Of a stretch of 64,000 nt of DNA, positions 54,876 to 63,634 are shown piece by piece. Every line of letters begins with the position of its first letter. The stretch's first letter is position 1. This DNA is from a virus (lineage: Duplodnaviria; Caudoviricetes), in the IMG/VR virus record IMGVR_UViG_2974623298_000001, positions 1 to 64,000 of that record. The stretch is one strand, 5' to 3'. The position numbers and the translations under genes were made by a program. The notes under the pieces are model-generated. The model ran no database searches, was not told the origin of the DNA, and saw only the letters and a program-made list of their open reading frames with translations.

Positions 54876-55229
54876 TCATCGGGTGATCGCGGACTGGTCG
54901 GCGGTACGGATCGGAGTCCAATTGCGACTGCGCACCTCATCCATGATGCCACCGCTGCGCGTGACACCGAACATGAGTGCATTGCAGTACGCCTTGATCT
55001 GCTCGGCCACCCAGGGGTTGACCATCAGTGCGTATGCACCATGCCCGGTCTCGCGGAGGCCCTTGTTGTGGATGTGATGAAGCTCGGTCATCATGTCGAT
55101 GATCTCGACGGGCGCACCGTGCGCAACAGAGTGACTCTCGAAGCGGACGTACACGTACTTGCAGTCACCGAAGGTTTCGGTACCGCTCCAGACCACATTG
55201 TCGGGCGGCTGGGGAATGGTGAGACTCAT
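54876..55229 (-). CDS. hypothetical protein
   Basis: 117 aa, RBS AGGAGG. Confidence 0.65.
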   Translation of the reverse strand: MSLTIPQPPDNVVWSGTETFGDCKYVYVRFESHSVAHGAPVEIIDMMTELHHIHNKGLRETGHGAYALMVNPWVAEQIKAYCNALMFGVTRSGGIMDEVRSRNWTPIRTADQSAITR

Positions 55230-55239
55230 TGGTTACCTC

Positions 55240-55503
55240 CTATGAAATGTGCTTGACGGCGTTCGAGGGTGTGGATGTGAAGGCGATGGACTTGTCGCGC
55301 GGGGTTGCACCAATCAGCCACTGGAAAGATTCGTTGGTGCCGGGGAACAACGTGTTGATAGACTCGACAGCTTGTACTGCGCTGTCAAACGAGCCCATCG
55401 ACTCGGCCTGGCCGTTGCCCATCTTGTCGGTGATTCGCCAGTACCAGCGGTGAGCTGTCGGTCGGTTGTATGTACCGCCTCGCTCAATCCGTATCCGTCT
55501 CAT
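55240..55503 (-). CDS. hypothetical protein, weakly YegP/DUF1508-like
   Basis: RWYWRI....NGQ.ES.G.F......VESI. Confidence 0.45.
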   Translation of the reverse strand: MRRIRIERGGTYNRPTAHRWYWRITDKMGNGQAESMGSFDSAVQAVESINTLFPGTNESFQWLIGATPRDKSIAFTSTPSNAVKHIS

Positions 55504-55634
55504 CTGCCAGTTCTCTTCCTCTTGGCCCGCGCCTTGCGCTTCTTCTTGTAGAAACGCTCGGCACGCTTCTCGGTCTTGCGGTCCTCCTTCTCGATCTTCT
55601 TGATGTACTCGTCGTAGTCACCTTCGAAGGTCAT
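55500..55634 (-). CDS. 44-aa highly basic protein
   Basis: MTFEGDYDEYIKKIEK...KKKRKARAKRKRTGR. Confidence 0.55.
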   Translation of the reverse strand: MTFEGDYDEYIKKIEKEDRKTEKRAERFYKKKRKARAKRKRTGR

Positions 55635-55635
55635 G

Positions 55636-56262
55636 TCATCCTCTCTTTGCGCGCCTACGCAAGGCCTCGAGCCCGTCGCGCATACCCTCGACCGTGAGGT
55701 GCTGAAAGTACAAGGGCTTGCGGTGAATCTTGGCGTACCCGATCCGCTCCCAGCGATTGAACACTGCACCGATAGCTCCGGTACTCGGCGGGTTCTCGTG
55801 GTCGATGAGCTCGGCGATGACTTGCGGTGTCATGAGCTCATCGAACTCGCCCATCATGGCACGGTGACAGACCTGCTGGACCTCGGCTTCGAGCTGCCCG
55901 CGCTGCCGTTGGCCGGTCGGCGTGCCGGTGTAGACGGGTGCCAATTCCAGTAGGCCAGGAGCCGATTCGCTCGGACGTTCGCGGGGCACGCGGGCATCGA
56001 CACCCACCGACAATGAAGCGCCCTCGAGTTCGACTGTGGGAGTCAGGTATTCCGACAGGTCGGGGTACTGATACGGCACGTAGTTGGGGTTCTGATGAAC
56101 CCTTCGCTCCGTGTTCGCCATCTTGTACATGCGATCGAACTTGGTGTGGCAGCTGCACTCACATATCTCATGCATGGTGCACACCTTCATCGGCTTGCCC
56201 GAAGGGCTGACCGGAGCGGTTCCCTCGCAGCTTCCGATGTCACAGAAACCTGTCTTATACAT
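55636..56262 (-). CDS. Cys/His-rich N-terminus plus C-terminal winged-helix-like protein
   Basis: C-x4-C...C-x5-CxCxCH; PSTGAIGAVFNRWERIG. Confidence 0.65.
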   Translation of the reverse strand: MYKTGFCDIGSCEGTAPVSPSGKPMKVCTMHEICECSCHTKFDRMYKMANTERRVHQNPNYVPYQYPDLSEYLTPTVELEGASLSVGVDARVPRERPSESAPGLLELAPVYTGTPTGQRQRGQLEAEVQQVCHRAMMGEFDELMTPQVIAELIDHENPPSTGAIGAVFNRWERIGYAKIHRKPLYFQHLTVEGMRDGLEALRRRAKRG

Positions 56263-56273
56263 GATGCCTCCTC

Positions 56274-56825
56274 TCATTCGTCCTCGGGGGAGTCCGCGAA
56301 GCTCGTGTCCTCGTCGAGGTCTTGTGCAATGGTTGTTGGTGGGACAAAGGGTACATGCACCTTCGTTACCACGCTTGCGTGTGGCCCCTCCCACGTGTCC
56401 CTGAGTACCGGGTTGGTTACCCAGCGCTCACCCTCTCGCTTCCACAGGACGGCGGGGTCTCGGAAGGATCGTGAGTAGTCAGCCTCCCCCGACTCCATAG
56501 CCTGTGCCGCGTGTGCATCACGCAGTGCGCAGGTATGATATGCCTCGGCAAAGGCGATGTCGAACGCACCCTTCAGTGCGGTGAGCTCGTCCACCCTCAG
56601 ATTGGTCAGCTCGAGGGTGGTGCGCCCGAACTGATTGACGAGATCGAGGTTCACGTCACCACCAGGCTCAACCCCCTTGGGCTCGGGGAGCAATCGAACG
56701 ATCACCTGGGTGGTGAATACCTTTACCCAGGCACGCCGACCCTCGCCGAACACGCCAGGTGCAACGCCCTTCTTCTTAAGCGTCTCGGCTTTCTTTTTCC
56801 CTGGCCCTCGCTGCGGCAGCGGCAT
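56274..56825 (-). CDS. hypothetical protein
   Basis: start re-called at MPLPQ. Confidence 0.65.
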   Translation of the reverse strand: MPLPQRGPGKKKAETLKKKGVAPGVFGEGRRAWVKVFTTQVIVRLLPEPKGVEPGGDVNLDLVNQFGRTTLELTNLRVDELTALKGAFDIAFAEAYHTCALRDAHAAQAMESGEADYSRSFRDPAVLWKREGERWVTNPVLRDTWEGPHASVVTKVHVPFVPPTTIAQDLDEDTSFADSPEDE

Positions 56826-57033
56826 TACGCATCCTCTCTGTCCTCGAGATGTCTTTCGGGTAGTTGTAGTCAGGGTCCTGACCGAGGCAGGACTCGCACA
56901 ACCAGTCGACCACCCTCGACCTGAACACGGTGGTTGCGTTGCCGATGCCCGCAAACAGAACCTTCTTGCTCGAGAGCTGATCCCTCGGTAGGTCCTTGCC
57001 GCAACGGGTGCAGGCATACATTGGCTCTGGCAT
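56776..57033 (-). CDS. Zn-finger protein
   Basis: CTRC...CESC. Confidence 0.65.
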   Translation of the reverse strand: MPEPMYACTRCGKDLPRDQLSSKKVLFAGIGNATTVFRSRVVDWLCESCLGQDPDYNYPKDISRTERMRNAAAAARAREKESRDA

Positions 57034-57045
57034 TGTCTCTCTTTC

Positions 57046-57921
57046 TTAGAAGGGCGCTGGAACTGAATCAGGGAAGTTCGGAGCTTTTGATTCGATACAG
57101 GTTCGGCATTTGCCTAGAGTCGCTAACAGTGCGCGGTCACTACTGCCCGGATCGAGTGCGGAGTAGCTGACATTGCATTGATCGCAGTCATAGTCGAAAC
57201 CTATGCCCAGGTCTACCACTCCATCCAGGGCGGCCATGTACCCCTCAATGAGGACTCCAAGAGTAGGGATGTAGTCGAGTGGGAACTCGCCGATGTTAAG
57301 CGTGATCGTATCGACCACCCTGATTGGAGCCGAGGGTGGGGTGGGGTCGAGGAAGTATGGTCGACACAGGGCTACCAGCTTGACCATGTTAGTCTCGCTA
57401 TCTTCCAGCGCACGGAATCGTGCATACCCAGTGATAAGGCTGTGGTTAGGGTCAAAGACCTGGGCGATCGGCATGTCAAAGAAGCACTGGCTTCGCAGCA
57501 TACCGTAGATTGCAACTTCGGTCACAGCCTCGAAGTGACTACCCGCGTCGGTGATGCTACAGAAAAACACCGGCACCCTGGCCGCAGCTCCGTACGCTCT
57601 GGGGTACATGTCGGTGATGAACTCTTTATTAACAGCAGTCGACATCACCCGCTCCATTGCCATGCGAGTCACTGGAGCTCCGGATTTTGACTCTAGTATC
57701 AGAGCTGCGTCCGAGACTCCAGCGGGCTGGCGGTTGCGAATAATCGGCGAGCCTCCATGCGAAGGCTTTGCTACAACGAGGTCTCGAGTATAGTACTTGG
57801 ACCAGGCCAGCATGATTGCTCGCAGATCACCAACGTTAGGTGCATAAGCGTTGTGCTCAGACACATCGTAGAGGGGTTCCTCAAGTCTGGCTAGCGCCTT
57901 CCTCAGGCCATTGATTGACAT
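57046..57921 (-). CDS. hypothetical protein with C-terminal CxxC...CxxC
   Basis: start re-called at MSING after AAGGAG; CDQC and CRTC. Confidence 0.65.
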   Translation of the reverse strand: MSINGLRKALARLEEPLYDVSEHNAYAPNVGDLRAIMLAWSKYYTRDLVVAKPSHGGSPIIRNRQPAGVSDAALILESKSGAPVTRMAMERVMSTAVNKEFITDMYPRAYGAAARVPVFFCSITDAGSHFEAVTEVAIYGMLRSQCFFDMPIAQVFDPNHSLITGYARFRALEDSETNMVKLVALCRPYFLDPTPPSAPIRVVDTITLNIGEFPLDYIPTLGVLIEGYMAALDGVVDLGIGFDYDCDQCNVSYSALDPGSSDRALLATLGKCRTCIESKAPNFPDSVPAPF

Positions 57922-58369
57922 GATCGTCTCCTCCTTCAATGTGTCTGCTTGCGAGGGCTCCGGACAGGGGAGGATCAAGGACATCTGCGTATAGCTTCCG
58001 TTGGGACTCGTCCAGTAACCCTGCCATATCGAACGACTGTATTGCTCGATGCTCTTCAATGGGTCGAGTCCCCAGGCGACGCTTCCGTCGCTTAGCTTTA
58101 GCTCCGCTACCGTTCCCGGAAGAGCTCCAGAGGGAGGACCCATCACTTGCGGCGCTCGCTCCCACGTCTCCCGGTTGAACCACCCCGACTTGCGGTTCTT
58201 GCGGGGCTTCTTTGTTTGCTTCCGCCCCTCTATCAGCCGCTGTCTTTCCTGCCGTCTTTGCTGTTCGCTTTCGCGGAGCTGCTTTCCGCTGCCGAATTGC
58301 CACAGCCCCTTCGCACTCACAGGGTGCCGCCTCGCAAAACATGCACAGCTCTGGTCCCTTCTTCCCCAT
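57881..58369 (-). CDS. hypothetical protein with N-terminal CxxC-CxC and basic low-complexity region
   Basis: 162 aa. Confidence 0.65.
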   Translation of the reverse strand: MGKKGPELCMFCEAAPCECEGAVAIRQRKAAPRKRTAKTAGKTAADRGAEANKEAPQEPQVGVVQPGDVGASAASDGSSLWSSSGNGSGAKAKRRKRRLGTRPIEEHRAIQSFDMAGLLDESQRKLYADVLDPPLSGALASRHIEGGDDHVNQWPEEGASQT

Positions 58370-58539
58370 TACTCCACCGGCTTGATGAGTGCTACGTTCT
58401 TCCCGTCCATGCGCTTGATGTCGCCGGTTGGTTCGTACAGCTTCCCCTCCTGTGGGTGGAACAGGTACACCGACTCGGTACCCGAACGATGCTTGCAGGC
58501 GAGCTTGACCAGCCCTTCCTTGAAGTCGAACAGTCTCAT
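58369..58539 (-). CDS. 56-aa hypothetical protein
   Basis: own translation MRLFDFKEGLVKLAC...; TAATG coupling. Confidence 0.6.
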   Translation of the reverse strand: MRLFDFKEGLVKLACKHRSGTESVYLFHPQEGKLYEPTGDIKRMDGKNVALIKPVE

Positions 58540-58781
58540 ACCGGACCTCCCATCTGCATGGTGTGGTACCCCGCAGCGTAGCCGGCCAGTCCTACGGCCT
58601 CGGCGTGGGTGCCGCCGATCAGCGTTGATCGGTATTGCTCTTTCGTATCGAACGGCGACGACAGACGCAACGAGATCACCATGCTGGCAATCACATGGGA
58701 ATCATCGGCAGCGTCCGCTGCCACGAGGTAAGCGTGCACAGCCTCTTGCACCCTGCGTTCGTGCTCTTCCAGGTTACTCAA
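58536..58781 (-). CDS. hypothetical protein
   Basis: TTG start after AAGGAGG. Confidence 0.65.
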   Translation of the reverse strand: MSNLEEHERRVQEAVHAYLVAADAADDSHVIASMVISLRLSSPFDTKEQYRSTLIGGTHAEAVGLAGYAAGYHTMQMGGPV

Positions 58782-58810
58782 TGGTATGGCCTCCTTCAGT
58801 TGATAAGTGA

Positions 58811-58839
58811 ATGGTACCATACGCGGTACTAGTTGTCAA
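58811..58839 (-). promoter_or_regulatory. SigA-like promoter
   Basis: TTGACA-N17-TACCAT with TGG extension. Confidence 0.8.
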
Positions 58840-58842
58840 ATC

Positions 58843-59571
58843 CTAGAGCTTGCTGATCTCGTGGTCGTACTGTTCCTGCGAGATCTTCAGCATTCCCATG
58901 ATAGGACCAGCCGGAATCCCCTTGCCATGCATGTTAATCAGGTGCTGGCGCTCGTCATCGTTGAGCGCCTTGAACTTGCCGGTCTTGGGATCGGACGCAG
59001 GCGAGGACGCCTTGGGCTGAGGTCGTGCCGACTTGATCTCCCTGGACGGAGGAGGCATCGGGTTGTACCCCTGACACCCTGGTGTGTCCATGAAGTCGAT
59101 CTGTCCGGTGTTCATGTGGTACCGCTTGAGTGCCCACTTGCTCACGGCTGCAACGTCCGCGAAGTGGGGAACACTCATCAACTGAATACAGGTTGCAAGG
59201 CCGATTGCCTGACCCTGCAGCTTGAAGTAACCCTCGAGTTCGTCGGGAGTCATCTCGTCATTCTTGAACCGGGGTCGCTGTTCCAGGATTCCCTTGGTCA
59301 CACGGTCCAGCTCATCCCACATCTTCTCCAAGATGCTTGGTCCCTTTGGCACTAGCCTTCCCTCCTCGCCGAACCCGTACGCTATTCCAAGGTACGGGCA
59401 CTGATCTGTGTCGTGGTGATGACGCTTCTCTGTGCGAGCGCCTTCCTTGCTGCGGTGGTAGGTCATCCACCGACAACCAGGCGCACCACACTCGAACGTC
59501 CAGTCGAGGTGGTGCTCATGGTCTGGCTGGTTCAGTGTCGGATATATCTCCGGCCAGGTGGGGTATGTCAC
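58843..59571 (-). CDS. hypothetical protein with N-terminal Cys/His motif and C-terminal HTH-like region
   Basis: 242 aa; CGAPGC...HH..C. Confidence 0.7.
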   Translation of the reverse strand: MTYPTWPEIYPTLNQPDHEHHLDWTFECGAPGCRWMTYHRSKEGARTEKRHHHDTDQCPYLGIAYGFGEEGRLVPKGPSILEKMWDELDRVTKGILEQRPRFKNDEMTPDELEGYFKLQGQAIGLATCIQLMSVPHFADVAAVSKWALKRYHMNTGQIDFMDTPGCQGYNPMPPPSREIKSARPQPKASSPASDPKTGKFKALNDDERQHLINMHGKGIPAGPIMGMLKISQEQYDHEISKL

Positions 59572-59578
59572 TGTCCTC

Positions 59579-59722
59579 CTAGAGCATCGCGTCGATGATT
59601 TCTTCCTCTTCCGGCGTGACGGGGACGCTCAGGTCACCCCAGTATTCGGAGTGACTGAGCATCGCCACGTCTAGCTCGAACTCTGGATCATACGGCCCGT
59701 AGTAATAGTCAGGGCCGAACAT
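59579..59722 (-). CDS. 47-aa acidic Tyr-rich protein
   Basis: MFGPDYYYGPYDPEF...; TGATG coupling. Confidence 0.55.
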   Translation of the reverse strand: MFGPDYYYGPYDPEFELDVAMLSHSEYWGDLSVPVTPEEEEIIDAML

Positions 59723-60144
59723 CAGATGCAGTAGGTGAAGGCACCACTCGAGCCGCCGATGTCGGACGACTCGCTGACCATCTGCCCGTTGCGGTAGATC
59801 GCGCAGTAGATCTTGCCCGGCTTGAAGGACTCGATACTCGCCGACAGTCCGGCGATGCCGTACTCGGGGTACACGGTGTAGTCCCAGGTAGCACACTTCC
59901 AGCCGGGGATCGAGGTGTTGCCGATGATGTCCACGTGATCGGTCTCGTCGTTGCCGTACTGGTTCGTGCGCTCGAGGACGACCGGGTTGGTGCGCGCCTC
60001 GGTACAGGTGACGAGTCGGATGCTGTCCCACTCGTCGGCGATGACGGCACCTGCGGGTGCCGGGACCAGCGATGCACCGGCGATGACGCCGACGACTGCA
60101 GCTCCGGCGATCAGGTGGGACTTCATGTTCTTCAGGACGCTCAT
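59722..60144 (-). CDS. secreted MmpS-like beta-sandwich protein
   Basis: signal peptide ending APAGA; C-terminal IYCAIYRNGQMVSESS...TYC. Confidence 0.6.
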   Translation of the reverse strand: MSVLKNMKSHLIAGAAVVGVIAGASLVPAPAGAVIADEWDSIRLVTCTEARTNPVVLERTNQYGNDETDHVDIIGNTSIPGWKCATWDYTVYPEYGIAGLSASIESFKPGKIYCAIYRNGQMVSESSDIGGSSGAFTYCI

Positions 60145-60152
60145 ATTGATTC

Positions 60153-60308
60153 TCACTTTCGTTTGTTGTTGACGAACCTCTGCAACAAGTTGATCATCTC
60201 GCGCGCCTTCCGAGCATCGGTGATCTCCTCGGCGCAGTCGTTGCCCGCTAACCATAGCGTCAGCGAACCGTTTGACTCCTCGCCGAGTGTCAATTGGTGA
60301 TCGCTCAT
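60153..60308 (-). CDS. 51-aa ORF starting in a hairpin loop (not in ORF track)
   Basis: MSDHQLTLGEESNGSLTLWLAGNDCAEEITDARKAREMINLLQRFVNNKRK; GC3-rich 3' half. Confidence 0.6.
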   Translation of the reverse strand: MSDHQLTLGEESNGSLTLWLAGNDCAEEITDARKAREMINLLQRFVNNKRK

Positions 60309-60330
60309 GGCGTCACCAATTGACACTCGG
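60283..60330. repeat. perfect 18-bp inverted repeat with 12-nt loop
   Basis: ccgagtgtcaattggtga / tcaccaattgacactcgg. Confidence 0.95.
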
Positions 60331-60349
60331 CCAACTAGGCGTCCGATGA

Positions 60350-60667
60350 TCAGTCCTCGGCCGGAACTTCAGGCTCGGTCGGCTCGGCCGGCTTGTCGAA
60401 GTAGTCCGGGCGCTCGTAGCTGTAGTCCGGGCCGGTGCGGGGCAGGTCGCCCATGCTGATCGGGTCGGTGTTCGCACCTCCGCCGATCTGATCGCCGTTG
60501 GTCGAGACGATCGGCGGCGGGCAGGGTGCCGGGCCGGTCGGCGTCGAGATCGTGCAGGCGAGGGTGACGTTCGCGGGGGCGGGCGTCGGGCTGGCGATTG
60601 CGGCTGCCGGTGCTCCGAGTGCGAGTGCGAATGCCGAGGTGATTGCGATCTTGCGGAAGATGTTCAT
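60350..60667 (-). CDS. secreted Pro-rich protein
   Basis: signal peptide MNIFRKIAITSAFALALGAPAAAIA; two Cys. Confidence 0.7.
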   Translation of the reverse strand: MNIFRKIAITSAFALALGAPAAAIASPTPAPANVTLACTISTPTGPAPCPPPIVSTNGDQIGGGANTDPISMGDLPRTGPDYSYERPDYFDKPAEPTEPEVPAED

Positions 60668-60728
60668 GTGTGTTGCTCCTTTGTTCTGTGTTGTGAGGTC
60701 GAACTAGTACTACTAGAGGTTCGGAATA

Positions 60729-60759
60729 AGCCCGAGCCGTGATCCATACGGCTCGGGCT
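60729..60759 (-). terminator. 12-bp hairpin
   Basis: agcccgagccgt-N7-acggctcgggct. Confidence 0.65.
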
Positions 60760-60883
60760 ATCCGACAGCCTTTCAGCTGACCGACCAACCCCTCATTGAC
60801 AGGGTGCGTTACTTCCCAAGGCTGGTTACGCCTGACCACTGTCCCCCGAGTTTACCAATTGGGAGTGACTCGCGGGCTCGGGG

Positions 60884-61312
60884 TCAGTCTTGGGCCGGCT
60901 CTTCCTTGCCCTTGTCCTCGCCCTTGTTGGCGGGCGGGTCGGCGTGGAAGTGCGACAGCGGGGTGTGGTCGATCCCGTCGTGGAAGCTGAGCGCCTGCTC
61001 CGGGGACATCGCATTGATGTCTGCGAGAGCGTAGCCATGGCGGTCCACGAGGTGACGCTTCACCGAGTCGAGGTTGACGATGTTGAGGCGGCGAGCCTTC
61101 ATGTCGGCCTCGGACTCCGGCGCGATGCGAATGTCCTTGATCTGATCGGCGGGCACCAGTGTCAGGGACGAGCGTCCCTTCTCCTTGAAGGCGATGGCCT
61201 GCGGCGAGGCAGAGGCGACGGTGCCGGTGACGTAGTCCTCGGCTTCGGTGGTGAGAAGTTCGACACGCTTGTCCGCGTAATCGGTGAGCGCGAGCTCGGT
61301 TGCTGCGGTCAT
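60884..61312 (-). CDS. possible Sm/SH3-like fold protein
   Basis: KRVELL...VTGTV......IAF.......LVPADQIKDI; own promoter and RBS. Confidence 0.55.
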   Translation of the reverse strand: MTAATELALTDYADKRVELLTTEAEDYVTGTVASASPQAIAFKEKGRSSLTLVPADQIKDIRIAPESEADMKARRLNIVNLDSVKRHLVDRHGYALADINAMSPEQALSFHDGIDHTPLSHFHADPPANKGEDKGKEEPAQD

Positions 61313-61369
61313 GATGTCCTCCTATGTAGCGTTTCCGGTGGTCAGGGCGGGTGTCCGCCGTACCCGTTA

Positions 61370-61399
61370 ATAGTACCACGGGCACGGCGGAATCCGCAA
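61370..61399 (-). promoter_or_regulatory. SigA-like promoter
   Basis: TTGCGG-N18-TACTAT with TGG extension. Confidence 0.7.
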
Positions 61400-61434
61400 C
61401 CCCGAAAACCCCGCAACTTTCGGGGGACGGAACT

Positions 61435-62004
61435 CTACCCGGCGCGCAGGACCTCGAGAGTCTTGAGGCCTTCGAGCCCCATGAACTTCACGAGCTCGGA
61501 CCAGGGCATCGGGGCGATCGCCCTCTTGCCGACAGTGACGTACCACATCAGGCGCACGCCGAGGATGTCGCAGTCCGGGTGCTCGGTACTGCGCCTCACG
61601 TACTCCTCGGGAATGCCGATGGAAACGTACTCGTACGACTTCGCGCTCGCGTCCCTGGTGTAGCGCTTCTTGAAGGCGACGACCGGACTCGCGCCCTCGG
61701 CGGTGGGCTTCGGCTCCCGGTGCAGCATCTCCCGAGTCAGCGCCTCCTGTGCCAGCTCGGCGGCGCGCTGATGCTCCTCGACCCGAGCCTCGGCATAGCG
61801 GAGGGACTCGAGCGACGACGCCAGCAGGTTGGCGAGCTGTCCGACACTCATGCCGTCGCCGGTGGTGTTCATGCCCAACTCGGGAACCGAGGTCTCGACA
61901 CGCTCGCCCTGGCTGGAGTGCTTCGCCCGACACTTCGCTCGCTCGTGCGAGGTTGCGGGATGCGCGCAGTACTTGTGACTCATGCGCTTCTTCTTGTTCG
62001 CCAT
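61435..62004 (-). CDS. hypothetical protein
   Basis: H..C.HP.T...RA.C N-terminus, coiled coil; RBS AGGAGG. Confidence 0.7.
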   Translation of the reverse strand: MANKKKRMSHKYCAHPATSHERAKCRAKHSSQGERVETSVPELGMNTTGDGMSVGQLANLLASSLESLRYAEARVEEHQRAAELAQEALTREMLHREPKPTAEGASPVVAFKKRYTRDASAKSYEYVSIGIPEEYVRRSTEHPDCDILGVRLMWYVTVGKRAIAPMPWSELVKFMGLEGLKTLEVLRAG

Positions 62005-62007
62005 TCG

Positions 62008-62229
62008 TTACCTCCTCGTTCGTTCGGCCTGGAGTCTGATCTTCAGTCCCAGGTACTGCTCGGCAGGTACTTCCTCATACTTGCCGGTGTCCTCGTTCTT
62101 CTTCTCGATGGTCGTGAAGATGTACCGATTATCTATCTCGATCATCGCTCGCACAGCGTCCTCAAGCTCCGGCCAGGTCTGGGGTGTGACCAGCTTGTAG
62201 GGCGTGTGGAGTATGGCGCAGCGGTACAT
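62008..62229 (-). CDS. hypothetical protein
   Basis: start re-called at MYRCA (TGATG coupling). Confidence 0.6.
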   Translation of the reverse strand: MYRCAILHTPYKLVTPQTWPELEDAVRAMIEIDNRYIFTTIEKKNEDTGKYEEVPAEQYLGLKIRLQAERTRR

Positions 62230-62528
62230 CAGAGGTCCCGATCCAACGAGTCGATGTAGTCGGCGGCGATGAAGCACTGGGGTGTGATTCTTCGCATGGC
62301 TGCGGTCAGCACCGCCACGACATCGCGCGCCTTCATGTTCACGCGCACATCAGACCCGTCGATCATGCGAATGAGGGCGCTCGATCCATCACCAGCCGAC
62401 TGAACCATCACAGTCTTGTCGAGGGATACGAACACGTAGTCGCTGGACTCGCGTTCCTTTGTGCCCAAGCTGGGCTGACCCAACCTGGTCGACTGCCACA
62501 GCTCGAACTGCACGAAGTGATTATGCAT
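62229..62528 (-). CDS. hypothetical protein
   Basis: 99 aa, RBS. Confidence 0.65.
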   Translation of the reverse strand: MHNHFVQFELWQSTRLGQPSLGTKERESSDYVFVSLDKTVMVQSAGDGSSALIRMIDGSDVRVNMKARDVVAVLTAAMRRITPQCFIAADYIDSLDRDL

Positions 62529-62541
62529 TACTTACCTCCCT

Positions 62542-62838
62542 TCATACTTCATACGGCGGGATGGGCGGGTGATCCGGCGGGTCAGTGTGTGGACCCTCGC
62601 CTGGCGGATCAGGCACGATGGTCACCCCACCTCGGTTGCCGACCTCTGCGGTCATGGCGTCCATGATCTCGCGAGTACGCTTGAGGCGCTCCTCGTTGTC
62701 CTCGAGCTTGGCGATGCTGTTGAGCGCACTGGCACCCAGTGAGATGAACTCATCCTGTCGGATGGTCCGCTTGCTGGTGAAGAACTCAACCCGGAACTCT
62801 TCTTCGTCGTCATCTTCCAGCTCGAAATTGATACGCAT
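62542..62838 (-). CDS. hypothetical protein
   Basis: 98 aa. Confidence 0.65.
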   Translation of the reverse strand: MRINFELEDDDEEEFRVEFFTSKRTIRQDEFISLGASALNSIAKLEDNEERLKRTREIMDAMTAEVGNRGGVTIVPDPPGEGPHTDPPDHPPIPPYEV

Positions 62839-63347
62839 TAGGTGTCCTCGATTCGTCTTGTCTGGTTGCGGTACTCGGGTGGCGGTAGCAGGCGCTCGTC
62901 GGTAGGATCGAAGTTCCGTGGACGCCAGGGCTTTATGCCTGGCCCAGTGATCGGCCCGTTGATCGGGTAGCTCCCGACCACTGCTGCTTTCTTTCTCTGC
63001 TTGGCCAGTATCCTTCGGCCTCGCTTGTTCCTACCTTGCTCGGTGTTCGTGCGGCGAAGCCACTGTTCCTCGGTCTCGTCATACCAGCGCCCTATTTCCT
63101 TTGGCCCCACCCAGATGGTGCGCTCGGGGAGTCGGTGGCCCCGCCTCCTGTTGCACAGCATGTGCGTTGGCCTCAAGTTTGACTTGCTGTCCGTGCCGCC
63201 GAGAAACTTTGGTATATAGTGATCCGCGTTGAAGTACCAGTATCCGGTAGTAAGAGTGTAGTCGATCTCCTCTCCACATATCCAGCACGGCGGCTGGAGC
63301 AAGCGACACTCGCGCTTGAAGCTCATGATGGGTCGGAGTTCGGTCAT
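62838..63347 (-). CDS. HNH endonuclease
   Basis: CWICG...ADHYIPKFLGG.D...NL...H..CN..RG. Confidence 0.88.
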   Translation of the reverse strand: MTELRPIMSFKRECRLLQPPCWICGEEIDYTLTTGYWYFNADHYIPKFLGGTDSKSNLRPTHMLCNRRRGHRLPERTIWVGPKEIGRWYDETEEQWLRRTNTEQGRNKRGRRILAKQRKKAAVVGSYPINGPITGPGIKPWRPRNFDPTDERLLPPPEYRNQTRRIEDT

Positions 63348-63631
63348 CCGAAACCGCCGGACTCCATCACCTTCAACCGCACCTTGCCACGCTGCGCACG
63401 GTCGAGCCCACCCTTGACGTGGTAACCCTTGGGGTAGGTGTATGTGCGTCTCGTGATGAAGCCCGTCCGACGCTCGACCAGCGCACGTCGGCGAAGCCCA
63501 CACCGCAGGCACCCGAGTGTTTCCCAGTACCCTTCGGCACTGAAGATGATGTCACCCACTGCATCCCAAGCGTGGCCGTAGGTGCGGCAGCGTGCGTGAT
63601 CATCGTCGAGTGTGACCTTACCTATCTTCAT
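63344..63631 (-). CDS. Zn-binding hypothetical protein
   Basis: C...GH.W...CLRCG..R. Confidence 0.7.
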   Translation of the reverse strand: MKIGKVTLDDDHARCRTYGHAWDAVGDIIFSAEGYWETLGCLRCGLRRRALVERRTGFITRRTYTYPKGYHVKGGLDRAQRGKVRLKVMESGGFG

Positions 63632-63634
63632 GCA

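Noticed and set aside
62838-63347. HNH as part of an intron or intein
   Set aside because: Free-standing, coupled ORF; no interrupted host gene or splice motifs seen.
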